From Octopus bimaculoides (lineage: Eukaryota), in contig NC_069005.1 in NCBI RefSeq assembly GCF_001194135.2, positions 355,574-419,573 of the forward strand: a stretch of 64,000 nucleotides of DNA, read 5' to 3'. Every line of letters starts with the position of its first letter. The stretch's first letter is position 1. Positions 48,331 to 63,035 of the stretch are shown here, one piece after another. The position numbers and the translations under genes are program-made. The notes beneath the pieces were generated by a model. That model did no database searches. It was not told the origin of the DNA and saw only the letters and a program-made list of their open reading frames with translations.

Positions 48331-49214
48331 TTTTGTGTTAGAAACAATAATTTGAGAAAAAGGCACACTTCCTTACTACTAGTTACAACTTAATACAGAT
48401 ATAATTGCAATAATGGCAGAGAGAGAGAGAAAGAGCTGTAAAAGTAATGGGGGGGGGGTGAAGTGAGGTGGCTGAAATGAAAATTATGTAGAGTAACATT
48501 TAATGAGGACCCAACTCACATTTGTTATATGATCTGAAAAAGACATGAGTCATTGTTTTCCATGTGACTGGGTTTATGCTTCTGCACATCACCAACAGAC
48601 GATGGATCAGTGTAAGGCACCGACTACAACTTAACACATTGCACACACAATTTGCTTGTGAGAAAAAACAATAAAATTACATATACGTAACTATGAATAT
48701 ATAAACTGAACCTGCCTGGCTTATGTGATTTGAGATCTAATAGAGACCCAAGCGGACAATAAAGCAAAAAAAAGAAGTGGCATCTAAAGTGTTGGTGGTT
48801 GGTGTTGGTTGAAAGATGGAAAGGTGCACAACAAAGAAAAAAAAAACAAAGAGATGTCTAGTTAGCTTCAAACATGTTTTTAGCATTTCAAATACATTTT
48901 TCATACTAGAACTGCTGAAGCACTTTTGACAAATCCAGACATTGCTTGATATATATTATTTTCCCCTACTGTTGAATATTGGTTGTCCAGCCGTTTCCTT
49001 CCCTAACCAAATTTCAATGCCATAAATCCTTCATAAAATAAACAGTATATTGCATAAAAAAAATATTAAGACAGGTGGAAAACCTTTCTCAATAAAACTA
49101 GCCTCTGATGCACAGAAAAGACTTTGATCCATCTGAGATTAACTGGAATGATTCAGGCATCTGATTCAAGACACAAGGAAACGGAGTACAAATCTGGTTT
49201 GTAGAGAGAATACA

Positions 49215-49330
49215 GGCTGTAAGGATAAGCAGTGCCCTTCCCAACCGCAAGGTTTCAAGTTCGGTCCCACTGAATGGTACTTTGGGCAAGTGTCTTTTAT
49301 TATAACCCCTGGACTAACCAATGCCTGTCT
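49215..49330 (+). mobile_element. SINE head/core
   Basis: ggtttcaagttcggtcccactgaatggtactttgggcaagtgtctt. Confidence 0.7.
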
Positions 49331-51183
49331 ATCAGATTCACACCTGATAGACAGAATCTGAAAGAGACCTCTGTGTGTGTGTGTGTCTGTACATTTGTGT
49401 TCCTCCAGCTAATCACTGGCACTCGAGTCATTGAAATACAATAGCTTTAAGAGTGAGTCAAACCCATCAGAGTTTTTAGAGACAGACAGGCAGACAGAAT
49501 AAGGATCAATTCAGAATATCAAAATGGATTTCAAAACTGTAGTCCAACATCCTGAATGTGAAGTGGTAGTCGAAGAGATTATGCAACATTCATGCATTTC
49601 TTGGTAGTCTTACAGGATGGACAGCTCTTCCTGATGAGCACACATTCCAAACAATCACTTCCTCGTTGCCTGTCAATGGCAAACTTATGTAGGAACTAAT
49701 AACCTGCAGCCACCTATCCAACTCTGCCCACCACCACCACCAACCCTAACATTCAGTTTTATGAATGACAGTCAACATGGCCAAACAGCAATGGTGATGT
49801 TTGAGTTGATGACAAAAAGGTCCACATGGTTGGGAGGTGAGCTTCTCGACCACACGGCCAAGCATATACGTCATCACACACGCACACTCAAGATCAGTTT
49901 CTCTTATTTTGTATAATGGCAAAATACGCATGATCAATGCAGAATCTCTGAGAGACAATACATTATGATTCATTTAGGTAGAATGAGAATTAATAATTTA
50001 GGGAAAAGGGATGGATGCCAGTTGCTGTTTAGCCCCAGGTAAACCAAGTGAGCTGACCTGTTATCAAAGAGTTCCAGCATTGGACAGTTCCAGTAAATCA
50101 AAGACAATTCAATTCAATGTAACAAATTTTTTTTNNNNNNNNNNNNNNNNNNNNNNNNNNNNNNNNNNNNNNNNNNNNNNNNNNNNNNNNNNNNNNNNNN
50201 NNNNNNNNNNNNNNNNNNNNNNNNNNNNNNNNNNNNNNNNNNNNNNNNNNNNNNNNNNNNNNNNNNNNNNNNNNNNNNNNNNNNNNNNNNNNNNNNNNNN
50301 NNNNNNNNNNNNNNNNNNNNNNNNNNNNNNNNNNNNNNNNNNNNNNNNNNNNNNNNNNNNNNNNNNNNNNNNNNNNNNNNNNNNNNNNNNNNNGGGGGGG
50401 GGGGTAGAAAGAGAGAGAGAGTTTGGTCTCTTAAATTGAGTCCAGTACTTGACCAGTACTCATCGACCTCAGGACGAAAGGTAAAGTTGACCTCAGAATG
50501 TAATGGGTGCAAGCAAATACCACAAGGCACTCTCCTTGTAATAAGATCCCTGATAACGAGGTGGTAGTGTTTACAGTAACATTGTTAGTGTTGGTGAAGT
50601 GTGTTCTTAAGAGGACCAAGGCATCTTTAACAGATTGGATTCAAAATAATCGGCAATGTGTTCTCTCGTTTTAAGATGGCAAAATGATTCGGCTGCTATT
50701 TCCAGCAGGTCGAATGACTATAGAGGCTTCCCCACTTGGCCCATGACGATTATTTAGTGGCAGTGAGGCTGCAACAGTTACAGTAATAGAGACAGGGAGG
50801 CTGTAGCAGTAGTATGTGGCAGTGGTGGGGAGGGAGCAGTATATTGTGTTTAATGAGGGCGGCGGTGGTGGTGGTGGTGGAGGAACAGTAGCCATAATGT
50901 TTTAGCAATATCAATAATGCTGGCAGTGTCAATAATTGTGGTAGAGATATGGATGAAAGCAGCAGCAATGTCATTAGTGATTATTTATAATGGAGGAGAA
51001 TGATAATAGCAGAGAGGGTAGCCATGTTAGACAGGTAAGAATAATAGAGGAGGAGGAGGTAGTAATGTTTATAGGAATGGCAGTATGGAGAGGTGGGGGG
51101 GGGGGGATCTTGGCAGGAATAAATTATATATTTGAATAAAACAAGTTTTATTTTTAACATAAGAGGTAAATATTTCTTTTATA

Positions 51184-51783
51184 NNNNNNNNNNNNNNNNN
51201 NNNNNNNNNNNNNNNNNNNNNNNNNNNNNNNNNNNNNNNNNNNNNNNNNNNNNNNNNNNNNNNNNNNNNNNNNNNNNNNNNNNNNNNNNNNNNNNNNNNN
51301 NNNNNNNNNNNNNNNNNNNNNNNNNNNNNNNNNNNNNNNNNNNNNNNNNNNNNNNNNNNNNNNNNNNNNNNNNNNNNNNNNNNNNNNNNNNNNNNNNNNN
51401 NNNNNNNNNNNNNNNNNNNNNNNNNNNNNNNNNNNNNNNNNNNNNNNNNNNNNNNNNNNNNNNNNNNNNNNNNNNNNNNNNNNNNNNNNNNNNNNNNNNN
51501 NNNNNNNNNNNNNNNNNNNNNNNNNNNNNNNNNNNNNNNNNNNNNNNNNNNNNNNNNNNNNNNNNNNNNNNNNNNNNNNNNNNNNNNNNNNNNNNNNNNN
51601 NNNNNNNNNNNNNNNNNNNNNNNNNNNNNNNNNNNNNNNNNNNNNNNNNNNNNNNNNNNNNNNNNNNNNNNNNNNNNNNNNNNNNNNNNNNNNNNNNNNN
51701 NNNNNNNNNNNNNNNNNNNNNNNNNNNNNNNNNNNNNNNNNNNNNNNNNNNNNNNNNNNNNNNNNNNNNNNNNNNNNNNNNNN
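51184..51783. other. Assembly gap (largest; others include 1323-1533, 2707-3077, 18089-18369, 42631-42818, 50135-50393)
   Basis: N runs, mostly flanked by (AT)n, (GA)n or (CA)n repeats. Confidence 0.99.
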
Positions 51784-51822
<39 letters not shown>

Positions 51823-52469
51823 GAATTTGTTTGGGGGTTTGAAAATGCACCTGAATCTAAAAAAACGTGTGGTCATTTTTAAATAGATTTATTCAGATAT
51901 CAAACTAGTTTTGACAAGATTTTGTTTATCAATGGTAAAAATATCTTTAAAAAAATGGAGAGGTAAAAATTGGACAAACATGTTTAAACCATCAAATGTT
52001 TACAAAAAATTTAAATGAGTTTCAGGTTGTAATATCAATGTAAATGTTTGGTGAAGATCATAACAAATATATATTATTGAAAGTTCAAGTCATATTGAGT
52101 GTTTATAAATAAAAAAAAAGAGAAAAAGGTGAAGCAGACACATATTCATATATGTGTGTGTGCGTGCATATAAACCCTGATTTGAGTTCCGTATATATTT
52201 CCAAATATGATAATAACTATGCCAAAATATATTCAAAACATTTCTTTTTCCCTTGAAAATATTATACTATAACCCCCCCCCACTGACTACTATATGTAGA
52301 TACTAGTAACCAAGTGCAAATCAGGTTATATCTAGTAAATAGCTTCATCAGATATGTCATCCAAGTTTCTATCATTGGTTCACGTCCTCACTTTATGTTA
52401 CCAACTGAGCTAGATTTCTGATCTGAATCAGAAAAGATCAATGTTATTATTATTATGGGAACATACTCC

Positions 52470-52920
52470 AATTTCAAACCTGGGTTCTCATTCCTAAGGT
52501 ATTTTTCGATGTTGTTATTATTATTATTATTATTATTATTCAGGTCACTGCCTGGAATCGAACTCGGAATCTTGGGGTTAATAGCCCATGCTCTTAACCA
52601 CTACGCCATATGCCCATGATGGCATAGTGTAGATGTAGAGACTCAGCCCATGGGCATATGACGTAGTGGTTAAGAGCACGGGCTACAAACCCCAAGATTC
52701 CAAGTTCGATTCCAGGCAGTGACCTGAATAATAATAATAACAATAATATTAATAATAACAACATCAAAAAATACCTTAGGAATGAGAATCCAGGTTTGAA
52801 ATTTCCCCAAGACACCTGATGAAGGCTGGAGGGTATATCAACCGACAAACAAGATGAGGACAAATATCCGTCAACTGTAAATAATGTGCATAATTCCTCA
52901 TCTCTTAAATATAGAACTGT
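52470..52920. mobile_element. Head-to-head inverted pair of a second tRNA-derived SINE; right copy longer, with a hammerhead-like CTGATGA motif
   Basis: Arms 52470-52618 and 52649-52803 are reverse complements; A-box-like GTAGTGGTTAAG and B-box GTTCGATTCC / GAATCGAAC. Confidence 0.85.
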
Positions 52921-54309
52921 ATTATTCATATGCATTTGACGGTTACAACATTTAGCTCTTTAGAATGGCAGGCACTCTGCAAACCACTAAAGTTGATGGG
53001 AAAGTTAGACACTACTGCCCTCAGCAAAATAACCAAGTTTTTTTTTGGGGGGGGGGGTTTTGTTATGGACCCAGAAACTCAAATGATGGAGGATTCAAAG
53101 ATAATCAGTGTCAATGAACATGAAGTGTTTCATTAAAGAAACCAAGGACAGCTCACCAAAAGCACAGGGTCCCACACTACTAGGGTTATCTCATACTTTG
53201 CATAACAGAAAAGCACTGCAGCTTTATGTTTCAAATTTAAGCACAAAGCCAGCAATTGAGGGGCGGGGATGTTGGTGGATATCATCAACCTCTGTATTCG
53301 ACCAGTCTTTTGCCTTTTATTTCAGGCTCAATAAGACTAAGTTGACTTCAGCCAAAAGACACATTCAAGGCATTTTTCCAATGCTCGAACAATTCTGACC
53401 AGCTGCCACGTTTAATAAGGATTTCTTATTCAGGCACAAGGCCAGCAATTCTTGATGGGAAGGGGACAGTCAATACCACATATATTTGACTGGGGTTATT
53501 TTATAAAAACCTGCTAAGATTTGAACTCTGAAACTAAAAAGCAAGAAGAAACAATGCAAAACAATTCTTGCAATGTTTTAACGATTCCACCAACTTGCCA
53601 CTTTATATAACAGTTCCAAATTACGGAACAAGGCCAGAAAGTTTAGGAGGAAGCATCACATCAAACCCAACACTCAACTAGTTTTTCATTTTAAAACCAA
53701 AAAGGATGAAAGGCAAAGTTGACCTTGGCAGCAGGACTAATAATTCTTTCAAATTTTGGCACAAGGTCAGCAAATTTTTTTTTGGGGGGGGGAGCCAAAT
53801 ACATCACCCCCACCAGTACATGACTGGTTATTTTATCTTATCAATCCCCATAAAGATGAAAGGCAAAGTTGACCTCAGAATAATAACAAATCGTTATAAT
53901 TAATATTTTTAAAGAGCAAACTAAAAGCCGAAGACTAATCTTTTCCAGCAGAATCGAGGCTACCAACGAAAACGGTTTGACAAACTGCACTAGGCACTGA
54001 AATTATTCAGGATGATAAGGAATGGATTAATGCCACCACACAGTGATAAATATCAAAGTCAATCCCAGCAACACCTGAATTCAGAACAGTAAGACATTGG
54101 AAATTGAATATTGCAACATATCTTAATCCGGATTACTATTAACTCTCACTGACTAACAATAATATCTTACATAAGCTGAAGAGAGAACCTGTGTGGCTGT
54201 TTGATGTGCTAGATATAGCAGCCAAAATAATACTAATATAATTTAAGGCCATCTTAAAGATAAGCTATGAATAATAAATAAAATAAATTAAAAAATACAA
54301 TAATGGATT

Positions 54310-54700
54310 CAGGTATGGTTGTGTGGCTAAGAATTTTGCTTCACAGCAAAATGGTTTCAGGTTCAGTCCCACTACATGACACCTTGGCCATTTTCTACTG
54401 TAGCCCCAAGCGAACCAAAGCTTTGTGAGTACATCTGGTCGAAAGAAATTGAAAAAAAGCCTGCTGTGAGTGTGGGAGGGGTTCTCCTTGTCTTCACGTT
54501 ATGTGATAATTGTAAATGAGTGTCGATATGTGATGTTTGTTTCCAGCCTTCATTAGAAAATATGTCAAACTATACTTTGCTTAGAAACAGGTGAGGGTTG
54601 GTGATAGGAAAGGCATCCAACTATCAAAAAAAAAACTTTGCCACAATAAACTTCATTTAACCCATGCAAGTAGACATTATAATGGTCATGGGTCTGGGAC
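54310..54700 (+). mobile_element. SINE copy (degraded, head to tail)
   Basis: ggtatggttgtgtggctaagaa...ggttcagtcccactac...; tail contains aggaaaggcatcc...aacccatgc. Confidence 0.7.
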
Positions 54701-56043
54701 ATGTTTGATCAAGGATGACCAAATGACCACATTTGTTAGAAAGGGAAATACAGAGTCCAACTTCATGCCCAGCAGACAATTGGTCAGTATTTTAAGTTCA
54801 GAAGAATAGAAAATTGACCACAACAGTATTTGGACTTAAGATGAAGACAGGTAAAGCTGAATCAAATCAAAAAGTAATCCAGGAATTTTTTTTGTCACAC
54901 ATCTATGTTAAAAAAAATAAAATAGCATGTCACTTCAGATTATGCATACACGTATACCTAAACATTTACCAGCATACATACATCTTTGAATACCTACATC
55001 AATATACAGATACACAATATGTATTAATATAAACATGTCCATGGAATATATAGAGATGTACAGGTACATATAAACAAATGTTTCTACAGCAATGCCTCAA
55101 TATACAAGTTAATTCATTCCTGGAGAATACTCGTAAAGCAAAAACTCATAAACAGAAAATAAAACTTGTAAAAACTCATATATTTGGAGTCTCATAAAGC
55201 TGGGTCCTCATAATGTGAGGTATTACTGTACATACATATGGATATGTATGTAGATACATGTATACATATGTACAATTACACCAGTACGTCCCTAACTCCT
55301 CCATATAACTGCATCTAGTTTGTCAGTTGCTTTGTTGATGTTCATAATGATTATAGACAATGCATTGGTTTAAGTAGAGGGATAAGCTATCCACATGAAA
55401 AATTTGGAAACATTTGACATCAATAAGAATCTGATAATATCTGACTGTAATAAAGATTTTCATCCATGTGCACATTATATATATATATATATATATATAT
55501 ACTTATGTAGGTAGCAAACTGCGTCCTCTTGAAGCACATCTGTTTATTCCGCTATTACAATCCAGTATGTAGATGCTGTTGTTGTTGTGAGGTACATATT
55601 AGAGTTGGAAATTCTGGAAATGTCATTTGCAGAGTTATTATATAACACAACAGGAAGTTGGACAAATTTTTGGTTTTATTTATTCACCATTACACCTGTT
55701 TCATTTGTTAATAGGAATTACAAAGTTTTACAGGTTAGGTAAACATGTAAGAAAGTTCCTGATAAAAATTCTTTAGCCAGGGAATCAAATAATTATTTAA
55801 TTCTCTGTTTGACGAATTTCTAATCAGAAATATCTTAAATGTTTTGTACGACATGTACAATTTTGTAACTCTTATTAGCAAATGAAGTATGTAATGGCGA
55901 AAAAACACTTCCTATTGAGTGCTACTTCCTAACAAAAGTAGCACTCAATACAGATGGAACTGTATGAGTAACAGGTGGACTTGGCTCCTTGTGTTACTTA
56001 AGGTTTCATGGAAATGAAAGGATATCCATCTCAGACATTCACA

Positions 56044-56080
<37 letters not shown>

Positions 56081-59000
56081 TTATAGTACACAAGAAATAG
56101 GTGCAAGTATGCACTCGTATACAAACTACACACATACACGCACACGCAATTGCCATGTAATATGAAAGAAACTGAACAAACACAAGTGACTGTTTAAAAA
56201 ATAGAAATTACAATCGCTGTGATAGTGAGTAGCTTTGAGAAGGGCGTGGAGCTAGAAAATAATTGTTGGAAAAGGAATGTAAGTAGAAATGTTTGTGCAA
56301 GAACCCCCCATCCTGATAAGACCATATCAGTATCCCAGAAAAACTGAAAAAATATTTGTCCTTTTACAAAGTTACTACCATGAAGTAACTTTCGGTTAGC
56401 TTGTCTGTATGGAAGGGGGGGGGGTGAAGATACAAGAATTAAAGAGCTTCGAAGAAATCTGTTCACTCTTTTTCAAGGCAATAACACATCTCTCACACAC
56501 ACACACACACACACACAACACTACATGAAAAGAAGAAAAAAAAAAGAACTTTTATATAGTCTGTATGAAGCGTTATCTTTCGCCCCTTCCACCACCACAG
56601 CCCTGTGAACATCTCTGAACAAATAACCTGGAATCCAGCAGACTAAACGGAAACTGCCTTCCTCTGTGCCGACAGGCAGTTGTTCCGATGCAGGTTATTT
56701 GTGATTAGGTTCATTTTCTTTCCCTTCTTTTTTGCCTACAAAAACCTTTCACAATTCTCAATCAGTGAAAATCCAATTAACAACACTCCCTCCTCCCATC
56801 CCAAATTTCTAATAAGATTCAATTTATACAGAAACTCATGTGTAGAAGCACTTTGTACAGAGAAGATTCAAAACTTTAGGAACCTTTTTTCTATTTTCTT
56901 GTTATAATTCTTTTTCTGATCAATGATTTGTATTTATGTTCTTTGGTACTTACTAGAACAGTACTCATCAAGAATGACAGCTTATTTCTGCTGCCTGTCA
57001 CTAAGTCTTAACCCTTTTGTTATCAAATTTCTATTGAATTGCATTGATTTTATTTCGATTAATTTTAAAAATAAGGGAAATTTGGTAAAATAGCAGTTAT
57101 TATTATTAAGCTGATATTTGGAAGACAAACATAAAATTTTGAAGGAAGATTTTAACTTAGATCACATTAAACAGGAAGTTTATATCACAGACCCAAAAGT
57201 AGTCTTAGGCAGGTTTGTCCCAAAAGGGGCAGTATTTTTGCTTCAAGCCTTAATCCATTTTCTTTTCACACACACACACCCCTCTTTACCTTTCTCAAAG
57301 TCTCCCCCACTCTTCATTCCCAACAACTCCCCATTCCATCCAATGACAATTTCACAAGTCATACCAGTCTCTCTCTCTCTCTCTATACACACACACCTCT
57401 GTTATTCTATCATCTTTCCCCCTCCCCCCACCTCTTACACTATATCTTTCCCTCAATCTTCCCTCTACATTTCACTGCTTACCTGATTGTCGTTCTCTAT
57501 CAATCTCTTACCTCACTACCTACCCCTCTGCCTACCATTATACTTTGTCTTCCACCCTTTTAATGCAGTCACTGCTTTCTCCTTCCAGCAGATGGCAACA
57601 CCAACAAAACAGACACATGGTTATACATGTTAAGAATAGTTATGCAAGACAAAGAACAGACCAAAGATGAAGCGTGATCTTTATTTTTTTTTTTCTCTTT
57701 TTAAGCAGTCCCCCCCCCCCTCTTTAGCTTTAAAGTCTTCAGCTTGTAATAAACACCAGTCATTACTATAATGCAACAAGTAAACGGAGGTAGACCAGTT
57801 GCCGTTGGTCACATGCTGCACAAGAGAGCTGAGAGAAGACAGTTGTATCAATCAAGTTCTGCTCTCAACTGGTGTTGTATTGATTATTTTGCCAAAAGAT
57901 TCATTGCTGATTCCGTGTACTTTAGCCACGAGATCACATCTCTCTTAATGGCAAATCATAGTAAAACCCCAAGCAACACTGATGGTAAGGCTGGACAACG
58001 ATCTGTTGTCGCCTCTAAGCTAATGAAGAATGAGCTAATGAGTCATTTGATGCCAGAAATAACAACGGTCTTAGATATTGATGGATATAAAGATAATATC
58101 CTTAACAAGACGAGACAGTCACGGTTAGAATGTCAGTCAAACTATGGAAAAATCACTGAAAACAAAGAAATTTAAATATCTCGGCTTCGTGGCTGACATA
58201 TATGTCACTTCCTTTTAGAGAACATTTCGTAACTTTGGGTGAAAATTGATCCATGACAACAACGTTTTGGGTGTTCCTTCGGGTCATGTGACTTAGCTTT
58301 TCAACAAAGCACCCGAATGACATGAGTACTGGGGTTTGTACAATCGACTAAAATCTCTAAAGATGATGCCCCAGCATGGCCGCAGTCCAGTAATCAACAT
58401 TTTGGCACAAGGCCAGCAATTTTAAGCAAGGTAAGTGGTAAGTCGATTATATCGACCTCGATATTTGACTGCTACTTTATCAATCCTGAAAGGACGAAAG
58501 GCAAAGTTGAACTCGGCGGAATTTTAGCACAGATCATCAAGAACAGGGAGACATTTTGCTAAGCATTTTGTTCGACGCGCTAACGATTCTGCCAGCTCAC
58601 CTTCAGTAAAATACAGCTATACATATTCGAAGAAAATCTAAGGAATATTCCAAGAAAAAGACCTTGAAAAACAAAAAATCAAATCAAAACCCTCTTATTT
58701 CCACAATACCAATGGGCAAAATTACGAATTTATCTCGTATCTAAAACGTACCTCAAATCCTTGCCATATGCTACATTTCCATCACTAAAGTTCATTTTCT
58801 TTCATAAATGCCAAGCTTCAAGAACTCAGTAGCAAAACAACGGAACAAGCACTTTCTTTAGTTCATCATTGACGTTAGTGCTTTAAATACGTTGGGGGGG
58901 GGGGGCGACAAACACGCACTTAACGTTACATAACTAAAATCACCCCCCAACTATTTCTCCCCATAACTTTCTTTAAAATGCAGATTTTTAGTTAAATTTT

Positions 59001-62000
59001 CCGGAAACATGTTTGAGAATATAGAATACGATCATCTTGATAAAACTGAAAGAAAAATTCTCTGGGGAAATTTCGTTGAAAAAAAATGTATTTTTAAGGA
59101 AGTTTGGGGAAAAGAAAATCAGAGAGAGGGTACACATCTCCAGCTACGCCCTATATGTTATCCCAGGCATTATGACTACATCAATTAAAGGGTTTAGCAT
59201 ATTAAATTAAGCAGATCTATAACTGGTATTTACTGGTCAGATGGCGATAGTCAGATATTTAATCCAAAACTTATCTCTCACTAGAAAAAAAAACTATTAA
59301 AGCAACTACTACTCCCTTACAACTTTGTTCCAAAGTGGGATGTCACAGGGTAGCAAAAGCAAATAAGCATTCCTCAAATGACGGGTTCAAACCTTGCCAT
59401 GGTTGACTTTGCGCATTGTTCAATAAAGACATCGATAATAAACGAGATAAATATGATCTATAGGACTTAGAACTAGAATTTGGGGAGACGGTAGCACCGA
59501 ATGTATTGATTAAATAATGACTACAAGTAGGTGTTTGAGAGGAACTTCTCGGCAGAGAGACGTAAACGAGTGAACAGGTAAAAGTTGCGGGGGCGAGATT
59601 AGCTGACGACTTTGTGAAGATTATCGATCAAGGAAGGGAAATGAGGAGGTTTTGGGATCAAATTTGATGATCGAAGTATTAAAAACAGGAACAGGTTAAA
59701 AGTTATGAAATAAAATCTTCATTGTTATTTAAATAAGAAAAGGAGTGGAGTAAAGGGTTAAAAGAAAGAAAGAAAGAAAGAGAAGGAGCTGAATAAGATC
59801 GGAAAGAAGTTGGTGGGGGTGGGGTGAGAGATTAGTGTAAATAACAAGATCGAGGGGAAATCTGAAGGAAAACGGAGGAGTACAGGGTGAGAGAAAAAGA
59901 AAAACAACACAGGTTTCAAAATTAAGACAACAAGAGAACAGGTATGCGCTTAGTGTGTGTGTGTGTATATATATGCATGGCCATATTGCATAACTCCTGT
60001 TTTACCCTGGTCTTTTTCACTCCATTTTATAATATACCCACAGTGACCTATACAGATTAGAATATACACCCTCACAGACAATACACATATACACCCACTC
60101 AGTTCAGTAACATTGAGTAAGAGAGGTTCATTCATTCGAAACGTTTGTATTCAATGTCAGCATTTGGTTTCTAGTGTCTATCACATTTATATCCACACAC
60201 ACACACACACACAAACAAACAAAGTGAATAAAACTACAACAGATGTTAAAAGCACCAAACACATTCAAGGCAGGAAGCGGTGTTTAAAAAAAAACACACA
60301 GACTAAGAAATATTTGTCCGGCGAAGAAGCTATTAGTCATTGAGTCTTGTAAAGTCGTTTAGTTCTTCTCCACTGGAAGTACTCCCCCCCCTCACACACA
60401 CAATGTAAATAAGGTCGGAAAGAAGAGTTCGATCCGACATCAACCAATAACCTGGACATTTTCTCCCTATACGACCAATTTGTATGTATTTTACAGAACT
60501 AATTAGTCTAACCACCAATATCGAAATTGTAGCATTCTTTCGGTAAAAATGTTATATTTGTCAATTGTTTTTTGAGAGAGGACGAACCGTGTGAAGCCGG
60601 CGAAATTTTGGAATATCTTATCACCACCTCATGGAGAAAAGACAAAGAATTGAATGGATTTTATTTCCCTTTCAAAGTGGGGTTTTTTTTTGGGGGGGGG
60701 TCAAGTATTCCTGGGCTTTTATACAAGAATTACGAGTGAAGGAATTTTCTTCCAAATATTTCATACTTTTTTGCTAAATTTTTGCCAGTCAATTCTGAAC
60801 CCTTTTCTTCACGAGTTGCTAATAGTTATGTCAAAACAATCCTTCCCAAACCATTATCAAGTCACTATTGGGGGTACAATAGCAGGTGACTGACTAGGAA
60901 CACAGCACAATAATGATGGAACGAGTTATACAACACATCCGTCATCGTGTCCGACACAAAGCGTAGACGAGAGATAGATAATTTATAGCCATGTCTGTAT
61001 GTATTCGTTTCGTCAAACTGATTTCGTTTTTTACATAAACTCTGAAGCTCTTCCAACATCTGACATGTTGAATACAAATGACATACCTAATTTAAATGTC
61101 CAACATAATAACTTGGCAACATAAAACATCTCGAAAACAAATGTTTAAAAAATATATTTTACCTAGGAATCAACTCATTTGACCTTCCTAGTTTCAATAG
61201 TTTGAGATATCAAAATTAATAGGCAATCTAGTGCCAAACCAATATCAAATTGTAAGTTGTTTGAAAGAAGGAAGGGTGTGTGTGTCAGATGAGAATATAG
61301 GTTGGAGGCGTCGAAAGTGTCCCTCATTAGTTTATTTGTAGCAGCTGTATGAGAGAAGGACTAGGTTGGGGTTTTTAGTGTCGGGATTGATACAAAAACA
61401 TAAGGTGAAGGTAGTTTATCAACGTTGGATTCGATGGGACAGTATAAAAGCAAGCAATATATTTCGATCAGTTGAGCGTCGAACAAAATGCTTTGGCAGT
61501 AGTTGTGGCCCTTTAATATTCAGTGTTCAAATTCCGTCGAAGTTATTCTTTTGGGATCAATAAAAAATAAGGTAACAGTCAAGTACTGGAATCGATATGA
61601 ATACACTGGGCACCTCTAGAGAGGTGCGTGGGTTAGAAACGAAATACTTAGGAAGGGTGGATATAATCATTTCAGACACATTTCTATCACTTCACTCATT
61701 CAGAGAACATTCAGAAAGTTATGAGGAAACGAAATATCGGAAGGAGGTGAACGCAACTAATTGACAAATATAGAAAAGTGAGAGGGAAAAAAAAAGTAAT
61801 GCTACCATGAGCAGCAGTGAACACTGTATGTATATTTATGCGTGTGTGTATATACACACACTATATTAAATTCCAAGTCCCTCGAACATTACCTATCACT
61901 TAGCAATACTCGATATCGGTCTATACACCTAAATATCGACATACATCTGATCACAAGTATAGATAAAAACATACAGGTAAATCTGACAGGCGTAGACACA

Positions 62001-62992
62001 AGATCACACACAAACGCACCTTAACCAAATATCTAAAACGTGATGAATACAGGAACACCAATTTAATACCAACACCGACACAGACTGGACAAAAATAAAT
62101 TCCTATAAATAATATATAAGCAATATGGCCAAGTGAGACCAAGTACTCTATGTCTATTTCCATTTGAACGGAACTAATTTTAACAAAACGATATCTAAAT
62201 GAAAGCTGTCTTTTTATCGCTGAAAATGTGACTCAAACAAATTCAAAGAATTAGTCTTCGGTGACGTAATATTTAAAGAAAACACGTACATACGTATGTA
62301 TGGGGTTATTCAAACAGATTGTGTGTGTAGACGCAAATCGGAGCATAATGACAAATTAAAATCTATTACAGCTTATAGGATGTAGAGACATCCAAAAGGA
62401 CAAGTTAGTAATATAGACATATAATAAATACATTAAACAACGTAGACATATAGTGACAAACCTAGAGGCATACACACTCACACAATTACAATATTTTGCA
62501 CACACACACACAGTATATATCGAACCCGAGAGGCAGTCTCCCGTCAAAGTCCATCCTGTCCTAGAAACGGGACGGCCACATTGAATAATTTAGCCCTGAA
62601 TAAATTATGTCCAGAAAAAAAAAATCAGGGTGATCACGAGTGGAAAGTCTTTGATTATATCTGTTCAAACCAAATATGACCCCGGGGCTAAAAAAAATAA
62701 ACAAGCAGCCTCCACGTAAGATGCCTCAACACGGACTACAAGAAATGGCAGTCAAATTTCCTCAAATCACACCATACTGTCTTCAAATAAAAGGACATAA
62801 TGAACCGATGTAGTCCGAGATACATGGAAAGACGAAGTGGTCACATTTGGAAGGTCTTTCATCATGTCTGCTGCAATACGGCTGCCTTGAGCTTAGCACT
62901 ATCTCACACACATACATGTCAAATACAATATATATTTTGACATATTACACAATAAGTAGTATAAATGTAAAAATAGACATACATCGGACACA

Positions 62993-63035
<43 letters not shown>

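Noticed and set aside
52652-52728. tRNA-like sequence with A and B boxes
   Set aside because: I cannot fold a convincing cloverleaf, and it is continuous with a repeat body, so it is a SINE head rather than a tRNA gene.
56600-56700. Possible plus-strand exon (ccacag|...cag|gttatt) with an 8-bp hairpin aactgcct/aggcagtt
   Set aside because: Stops in all three frames, weak donor, and the hairpin is too short to be significant.
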